A stretch of DNA of 54,291 nt, counting the filler, from Jimgerdemannia flammicorona (taxonomy: Eukaryota), in NCBI GenBank assembly GCA_003990765.1. It is 3 parts of 3 records of this genome, joined end to end, with 100 filler letters (N's around TTAATTAATTAA, not from the genome) between each part and the next. Parts side by side here need not be neighbours in the genome. Positions count along the whole stretch, not along the records: positions 36,267 to 54,291 come from RBNJ01002325.1; 2 more parts are not named here. The stretch is one strand, 5' to 3'. This document shows, in pieces, positions 46,301 through 54,291 of this stretch (position 1 is its first letter; each line of letters starts with the position of its first letter). The notes beneath the pieces are model-generated. The model saw nothing but the letters and a program-made list of their open reading frames with translations, did no database searches and was not told the DNA's origin. The position numbers and the translations under genes were made by a program.

Positions 46301-47691
46301 AATGCTAGGTTGCTATGACAGCATATTCTTCCAATATATCCTTCAGAAATTTGGATGCTGATTCCTATATAGACTTACTTGACTTCTTAGTTGGAAACTG
46401 TAGCTTCTTCAGCTACATACAGGTCATATCTAGCTGCTTTTTGACTTCCTTTGGTTGGAGCCTTCACAGTTTGTCTTAACTTGACAAAGTCCAGTATTCT
46501 GATAGTCAGGTTATTGAGGTGGTGCAGGGTAGTAACAGTTGCTCATATTGCTGTTCAGGGGTTTCAATTGGGGCAGACACTGGTCATATATCCTGTCTTT
46601 TGGCAATAGAAGCATACTCTACTTCTTTGAAGTTCATTTCTTTCTCCTTTAGTGAGTTTCTTGAAGATACTTGGCTGGGTAGGTTCATGATTTCTAGGTA
46701 TCCATAAGATGGATGTGGAGGGAGCTCAGGATGCTTCATGCTTGGGTTCTTCTTTTTTGGTCCAAGTCTTTTCCTTATTATTGAATTGTCTTCAGGGCAG
46801 CATTGGTCCAGCTGTTAGGATTCACTTGACCATAGTCTTAATTCTTACCAGGCACCATTGTTGGTGATCACAACCAACTGGGCAGCCTTGTTCTCAGATT
46901 TTTCTAGTAAGCCATTCAGATAGTGCATCAAATAGATGGTCTGCTCTTGTACCATTTAATGCTTTGTTATTGGTGATATATCCTAGGCCAACAGTGTTCA
47001 GAAGTGACTTGAGTTTTGTACAGAAGGTTTCAAATTCTTCTTTGCTATATACATCAAATTTGAGGTTGTGGAGTTTTACTTGAGATTCAGCAATCATGGT
47101 TTTGCTGTGATATTGAGCAATTATAAGTTGTTTGAGTCCAGGGGCTGCAGGATAGGCTCCATATTCTGGAGCATTATTTGCTACATTCTGAGCAACTACT
47201 ATAGGTCAGGTATTCTATGTGAGGGGTTTTTCAGGAAAAGTTTGCCACCATTCTTTGGCAGGTCCTCAGAAGAATGTAACAACTCAGTGGATATAGGCTG
47301 TGGTTATTGTAAAGAGTTGTTCTAGAGTGTAGTCTTGATTATTTGTCAGAATGCAGTCAGCAACTCACTCATTGGTCTATTGATTGGCTTCAAAATTGGT
47401 GTCAACTATATTAATGAAGCTTTAGACTTCTTGTGCAGTACCATTGAAGGTAGGTAGGCTTAGATTTTTGGTAGGTTGGATCTGTTCAGCTAAGGCAGTA
47501 ATGGTTGCTGCCATTATTGCTACTTGGACTGTGAGGTCTAGAATCTGTTGGTTTGCCATATTGTTTACTAGAGGTAGTTGGACTGCTAGTAGTAGTATTA
47601 TTGATACTACTTGAGATACTAGTGCAGAGTGTGATGGGGTTCTTTGGGTCTGTATAAGTTGCTAGAGTAATAGTTGTGGGTCTGGAGTAAG

Positions 47692-50600
47692 AGCTCAGAA
47701 GAAAGATAGACATAAATATGTCATCTCCTATACAAGCCAAGGTACCTGTAGAGTAGAACAGAACTATGAGTCATATAAGCTCAAATACTTAGCAGTAGTT
47801 TGGACAGTAGATAAGTTCCACTACTATCTAGCTAAGAAATACTTCACTATTCAAACAGACCATTCTGCTCTTACCTAGCTATTTCACACTCTGAACCCCA
47901 AAGAAATATATGCCAGATAGATCTACAGGCTGCAAAAATATGACTGTACTATCAAGCACTACTCAGAGAGAACAAATACCAATATTGATACACTCTTAAG
48001 GATACCCTGAAATACCTCTATCAAGACTATTCAACATGAATAAGGAGTTATACTATGGATTAATCAGCTATCTTGAGCAGCAGAAGATGCCTAACCACTC
48101 TTGAACCCTGGACAATCACCATCATCAACCAGACTTAGAAACAGTTTGAACTAGACAATACCATACTCAGAAAAGGAGGAAAGCTTGTAATATCCAAACA
48201 TAAGAAGTATCAAGTAATGAAGGAAGTACATGAACAAGGACACCTAAGAGGAATCAATACATATGATAAGACAAGAAGAATCATGTAGTGGCCCAAAATG
48301 AAAGAAGACCTACACCAATTTGTCAAAGAGTGTGATAAGTACTAAAAATAGAAATAAGATCAGTAAGACCAGATACCCAGATCATCAAGAATTGTGCCTA
48401 TCCTCTTCCACTACATCATAATGGATATCATTGGGCTACTACCAGTAACACTATCAGGAAACTGCTATATTATAGTTATTATAAACCTCTTTACCAAATG
48501 GATAGAAGTAGGAGCTTTACAAGAAGCCAATATTCTCTCTATAGCTAACTTCCTGTACCAAGAAATTATCTACCACTACAAAACACCAAGACAAATCACT
48601 ACAGACTGCAGCATAGAATTTGTCAATAGATTCCATGAGATAATATATCAGAAATACAAGATTCAGCACATCAAGACCACTATGTACCACCCTTAAGAAA
48701 ATAGATAGATAGAGAGAACTAATAAGACTCTCAAGAATATCCTGGTAAAGATTTCAGAGATATATGAGAATTGAGATAACTATCTCTCAACTGCTCTCTC
48801 TGTCCTATGAGATATGTATATGGTCACAGAGTACACACTTTACCTCAAGAGAACTGCTCTTCAGAGAAGAAGATTCTGATAGAACCTCAGCCATAAATCT
48901 AGATCTAACTTAGAGATAGATTAATGCAGAAATCTGGAGGCTATATCAAATCAGGAAGAAGACTAAAGATTACATCATCAAGTCACAAGCACTGATAAGG
49001 AAGAATGTGAAAAAGAATCACAAGACTCTAAAACTCATCCAAATTGAAGAAAAGGTCCTACTGTATTGAAATATAATAGAAGCCTCATGATTGTAAAAAC
49101 TAGAGCCCAAATAGGAAGGACCCTTCTATGTGCAAGATATCAAGAAATCTATCTTTTGGCTTAGAAAAATCTCAGGGACTATACTGTCTACTATAGTATA
49201 TAGGAACAGACTTAAGAAGTACTATAAACATATATAATAGAAGTAAAATATAATAACTGCTTGCGAGGTTCTAGTCTATAAATTATAACAGCATGTCCTG
49301 TAATCAGCAGACTATCTATCTGAACCATTCTCTAAGAGATATAGTACCAGCAACTACTTATCTATAAGATTTTCAAAGTCAGAGAAGTTCAAACTATCAA
49401 CTGATTGGTTAAGATCAGAATCAGGCCCTTACTCTATATAAAGGGAGTGATCCTTCACTATCATGCCAAAATATATAGGGAAGATACTAGTTTATAAATA
49501 CCACTTTTTGACCTCTTTCTAGAAGTTATGGGATCAGCAAATTTTTCAAGACTAGACTAATGAATAAGAATGTTCAAGAAGATCCTTATTCAGGAGAAAG
49601 ATGTAATGATAACCTCAGAATAATGATATCAGTACAAGAGATAGCCTTTCCTTACAAGCTATCAGATCAGAGCACAAGAAGATCATATAGCATAACTCAG
49701 GCTATGAGATGAGCAATGATAACCAACTGTAAGTCATTGTAATCATAGTTCAGACATCTTGAGAAATATAAAAGAAGGATCAAGGAACTGCAGTAGCAGC
49801 AACTCAACAAGATCCACTAATCTCAAAATAGCTCAAAGACTTATTATAAACAAAATGTCTACTGCTCACCAAACCTCAAGGTCAAGGAACTACCAAGACA
49901 TCTCAGTTAAAGAAAGGATATTTCAAGATATTAGAAGAGCCATGAGGACCTATACAAGAAGGACTCCTAGCCTCAACCTGGGTACTACAGATTCTTATCA
50001 CTTTATCCTCTACTGCTATGAAATAGAAACAAGGATTATCATTACTACCAAATACCTCTAAATATGATAGGAGTATGAAATAGAAAACCTTCTCTGCTGA
50101 GAGTTCCCACAGGCTAGTCTTTAAGAGTTATAAGATACCACTCCCATTGATATACAAGAAGTAAGGACAGCTAAGAAGATTTATTAGATCTTTAGGCATG
50201 CACTATGGTTGATCTTCAACTTAAAGTATGTTAGAGTCTCAGATTTCAGAGATCTGTCAGCCCACCATATCAATGCACTAGAAGCCAGAGTGGCTATAGA
50301 AGCCCAGTCCACTATCACCCTCAATAGTGATGAAGTAGAAGACTTCTGGTATCTCATCCTCCAGAATAACCCAGATCAATTCCTGTAAGAATTGATCTCA
50401 GTATTTTAAGGTCCAAGCATCCAGATTAGATCTCACCAAGACCTCACATTTGTTCTCTATTTTGTGGAAGAGAACTTCATAGACTGGAGAGCCCCAGACC
50501 TCCTTATTCCTGCTACTGCCAAACATAATGACATCATTAGCAATAATATCATCCTGCATGATATGTATGAAGTATGTGAAATGTATAACCTATGCGATGA

Positions 50601-51137
50601 GACTGAAACATTCATGGACCTTATCTTTTTTGAGGACAGTGATAACAAGAATGAAACCTCTATGGTTCTGAACATTCTGCTCTAAGTTTCTTAGTTATAC
50701 CAGCATTCTTTTCCTGTATAATAGCTGTTCCTCTACCAGTATTCTGACCTTGTGACTCAGAATTATTCCAGCATTCTGAACCTGTGCAATCATCTGTACC
50801 AACTCTGGAACTTGGCAGTTTTCTGTGTTCTAGCATTTTATTGGTTATTGGAATTTATATTTAGCTTTAAATCTTAGCAATCATTGAATTATATTTTGTA
50901 TAAATACCCTTCTTATTTCCTCTAAAATAAAGTCAGTTTTAGTTTACTTATATACAATCTCTTGTAAGCAATCTAAAGAGATAACAAGATAGTTTAAAGA
51001 TAAGAAGTTTGAGGACTACAAGATCTTGGAAAGGTACTCTAATAAGAACTTACTTATAACAAACTTGAGTTAGTCTAAGAGATATATCTTAAAGAGAATC
51101 TAATGTATTTAAAGGACTCAGTGACCACTATATAATA
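47692..51137 (+). mobile_element. Family A 3' half (RNase H, integrase from ATG 48036, PPT, 3' LTR 49602-51137), more decayed
   Basis: Colinear with 25396-28862. The LTR starts TGTAAT after caggagaaaga and ends with a decayed CACTATGTGACA. Confidence 0.92.
49855..50685 (+). pseudogene. Third copy of the family A LTR ORF, with a divergent C-terminus
   Basis: 831 nt (net +15), ending DLIFFEDSDNKNETSMVLNILL. Confidence 0.82.
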
Positions 51138-53912
51138 ATATTAATAAGACTTAGAACTGAGCTAAAGTATTTATAGTCTTAGAGTACTGAGGTAGATAGT
51201 AACTTTTTTTAAAGTTCTGAGTAATGTAGTAGTATATTTTAAGAAGAAATATCATATTGAACTTTTGGTTGAGATATTTGGTAAAAGGTGAGAGTTTTGA
51301 GTATAAGAATTATTTTAATGTAAAATAAGATGAGAGAATTATATAGATGTCTAAACATTGACTAGGTAAGTATGAGATACTTAGTAACTTCTAGATAATA
51401 GTTAGAGGCTACTTAAGAATAAGACAGCAAGATAATAGAGAAGAGGATAGATGAGATAACTTGAGAGAGTAATTAGTAGATATATTAGTAATGAGTGACT
51501 CACTATTGAATAAATATTAGTAGTATGAGTGGGACTCTTGAAGAGATCACTTGTAACAGTTCTAGTTTCTTTAAGAGAAAGTGGCTAAATCTAGAAGTTC
51601 TAGTTGGCCTAAAGTAGCTCAAAGAAATACTTAAAGGTTCAAGTATTCTTGAAGGATTTCTGGGAGAAAATATTCTAAACTTTATTCAGATAGAGAATAA
51701 GGATATTTATATATAATCTGAAAGAAAGATCCAGAAGGATCTTGGAAAAAAAAGAGAAATGCCAAGAAATAGATTCTTGGCAAAGCTGACTAATACTATT
51801 CTACAATGTTCTGAAAGGTTCCATAACTAGCTAAGACAGGATGCTTAGCACCAAAGAAAGATAAGAATGTTCTGGTAGTGTCTGGGCACTGAGAGAAGGT
51901 TTCTAAGTGAGTAGAAGTTAACAGAACATAGTAGAATATTTAAGAAATAATAAGAAAAGACTAACTAAAAGATGTAAAAATGTACTAAGACTAAATATGA
52001 CTGTAAAATTGTTACATCTCTCTCTCCTTAAGAACCAATATCCTCATTGAGTTCTTAGGTAACACAAGAGTAGATATACTTAACCAAAATTTCTCAAACT
52101 TGAATTGGTATATTGGTAGAAATTAGCCATCCTTATATAGAGCAAAGGGCTTATTACTAGACTAACTAACTGAGAGGAGTTCAAACTCAGCTAGTAGCTT
52201 CATTTCAGTGGACTTCTTGTTTATTAAATGTTCTGCTGGTTCCAGGGTCTCAAAGTAAACTTCTGATATATAAGGCACTGGTCATTGCTATAGGTCATCA
52301 ATAATCCAAGGAAGTCACTATAGGGATTGGGTAATGCATTTTATCTCAAAGTCTTGAACTAGATCTTGAGAGTTCTTGAGGTTGACCAGTAGTTTCCAGG
52401 TAGCATCATATTCAGGATAACCCATCTACTTGACTAGGTATTCAGGATAGTAGTAGCAGATTTATTTGTCAAGAATTTTCTCAGCTTTATACTCAATATA
52501 GTCTTCAATAATCACAGGGATGGAAGACTTAGGAATTTGACCAGGGTAGGGTGGTGACTGGTTCCAGGTCTTGAGGTGTGATATATGAAACACTGGGTGT
52601 ACTCTTATGGTTTCAGGTAGCTTAAGATAGTAGGAGGATGCAGAGACTTGTTCAGTAATCTCAAAAGGTCTGATATACTTGAATTGGAACTTGTTCAAAG
52701 AGTAGTTGACTTGAGATTATATCTTGAGATTCTTAATAGATAGTAGGACTTGATCTCCAATAGTGTAAGTGACATTACAGTATTTCTTGTCAGTATACTT
52801 AGCTTGATACTGTTGAGCCTTCTGAAGATTCACAGTAGCAATCTTAAGTAGTTTGTTCATTTTGTCTATAAGATTCTTGGTGGTTAGGACTTGTATTTGA
52901 CTGGTTTTCTTAAAAGAGAATAGACTTGTAGGGGTCTTGGAATCTTGACCATGGAGTAACCAGAAAGGGGAAAGACCAGTAGATAATTGGACAGCATTAT
53001 TGTATACAAACTCCACATAAGTCAGATAGATGTCCCAATTATCTTGCTCATAAGAAACATAGTTTCTAAACATTTATTCTAGAGTTCTGTTCATGTACTC
53101 AGTTTGTCCATCCATTTGTAGGTGAAAGGCAGTAGATATAACCAATTGGGTTCCCAGAGTCTTGAAGAGGATTTGCCAGAAGTGACTGGTAAACTTAGGG
53201 TCATGATCACTAACAATTACTCATAGTAGACTATAGTGATGGAAGATGGACTTGAAGAAGATTATTATAATCTCAGGTGTAGTAACATTGATAGTGATTG
53301 GTTCAGCAACCATAGTCTTGATCAGGTGGTCAATGAATATGATGATAGCATCAGTACCAGATTGAGTTTGTAGTAGTTGAGTTATAAAGTCTATAGTGAC
53401 TTACTCAAACTTCTTAGTAGGAATTGGCAGTAGTTATAACAAACCAGCAGGTGCTTGGTTGGTAGACTTATTGCACTGACATAGATCATAGCTAGCAATA
53501 TAGTTCTTGATTTCCTTGACCATGTTTGGCCAATAATAGCAGCATTGGATATTCTTAACAGTCTTCTCAATTTCCAGATAACTGGTGAGAGAGGAGTCAT
53601 AGTATTCTTGCAAAACCTTGTAGTATAGGTTTATGTTTTCAGATAGATAGATTTGGTCTTGATGATAGATCAGATTGTTCTCAACAGTATATGTATCCTT
53701 GAGTTTATTTAAGAAAACTCTAGTAGCAACTATATCTTCTTTATAAGCTTGCCTGATTTGGTCTAGGAATTCTGATACCAAGATAACTTATATGATTGTA
53801 GTGAGGTCTGGGTATCTTGATAAGGCATCTGGTACTACAAGTGTCTTGCCAGACTTGTAAATAATCATCAGATTGAAGGTTTGAAGCTTGAGGCTCTACT
53901 TGGCTTATAGAT
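51138..53912 (-). mobile_element. Family D chromovirus Gypsy relic: integrase, chromodomain, PPT and part of the 3' LTR
   Basis: Integrase motifs YYWPNM...CQCNK, YNNAVQLSTGLSPF and VHPVFHISHLK. Chromodomain EYKAEKILD...EYLVK*MGYPEYDATW at ~52350-52500. PPT AGGAGAGAGAGA is the reverse complement of 52017-52028, and the LTR starts TGTAAC at 52016. Confidence 0.88.
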
Positions 53913-54291
53913 TTTTTTTTTTTTTTATTATCAGTCTATGAATAATTATACACTATCACCACCCACTACCCAATCTCTATAGGGGAGCTCCTCCCCATCC
54001 TCTCATGAATAAAGATCACTCTCTCACTAACTACTCCAACTCTCCTGCCACTCTGTCCACAGATTTTCTCCACCAAGCAGTACCTCTAACCACTCTGCAG
54101 CCCCCAACCAAGCCACCAGCCCATCAAGGTGTCTTCCATAAGACTCTGCCACTACAACAATCAGCTCCCCAAGCTCTGTCTCCTCCTATTCTCAAAAACA
54201 AATAGCCAGTGACTGGCCAGCCTTACCCAAATGGCCAAAGCCCAATCTAAGGTGAGCCATTCCTTTCCTTTTTTTTTTTTTTTTTTTTTTT
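53913..54291 (-). mobile_element. 3' end of a LINE-like insertion
   Basis: A poly-T run at ~53913-53927 interrupts family D pol. The minus strand is purine-rich and resembles the 3' part of the LINE in contig 2. Confidence 0.5.

Larger units (their letters stand above)
36323..47690 (-). mobile_element. Family B chromovirus element, copy 2: partial gag, dUTPase, PR, RT, RH, IN, chromodomain, PPT and 3' LTR (36323-40792); two nested insertions
   Basis: dUTPase at ~46085-46500 (ARYDL, GGVIDKDYTG, GFGSS), protease ~45810, RT VYIDD ~44765, integrase TDGQT ~42000 and chromodomain EEYEVEQI...EYLVK*KGYP...WEP at ~41240-41392. PPT is the reverse complement of 40793-40806, and the LTR starts TGTAAG at 40792. 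Confidence 0.93.

Overview
Eukaryotic DNA, most likely fungal. An early-diverging fungus (Mucoromycota/Endogonales-like) is my inference from short GT-AG introns, an Uma2-type nuclease gene and the retroelement types. The window is three unrelated ~18 kb contigs (1-18038, 18139-36166, 36267-54291) joined by artificial N44-TTAATTAATTAA-N44 linkers. It holds one clearly intact host gene, a 6-exon Uma2/PD-(D/E)XK nuclease-like gene at 5142-6357, plus a few gene fragments. The rest is nested, C-to-T-eroded retroelements. Family A is a non-chromovirus Ty3/Gypsy (gag-PR-dUTPase-RT-RH, integrase in a separate frame, ~1.5 kb LTRs). Family B is a chromovirus Ty3/Gypsy (gag-dUTPase-PR-RT-RH-IN-chromodomain, ~2.1 kb LTRs). 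There are also further Gypsy relics, L1/Tx1-type LINEs and a TIR-bounded DNA element. Main finding: families A and B each carry a complete protein-coding ORF (271 aa and ~365 aa) inside the U3 part of their LTRs. The two proteins appear to share a ~120 aa N-terminal domain followed by an acidic tail, making them a candidate LTR-encoded accessory (transactivator or anti-silencing) gene family shared across Gypsy lineages.
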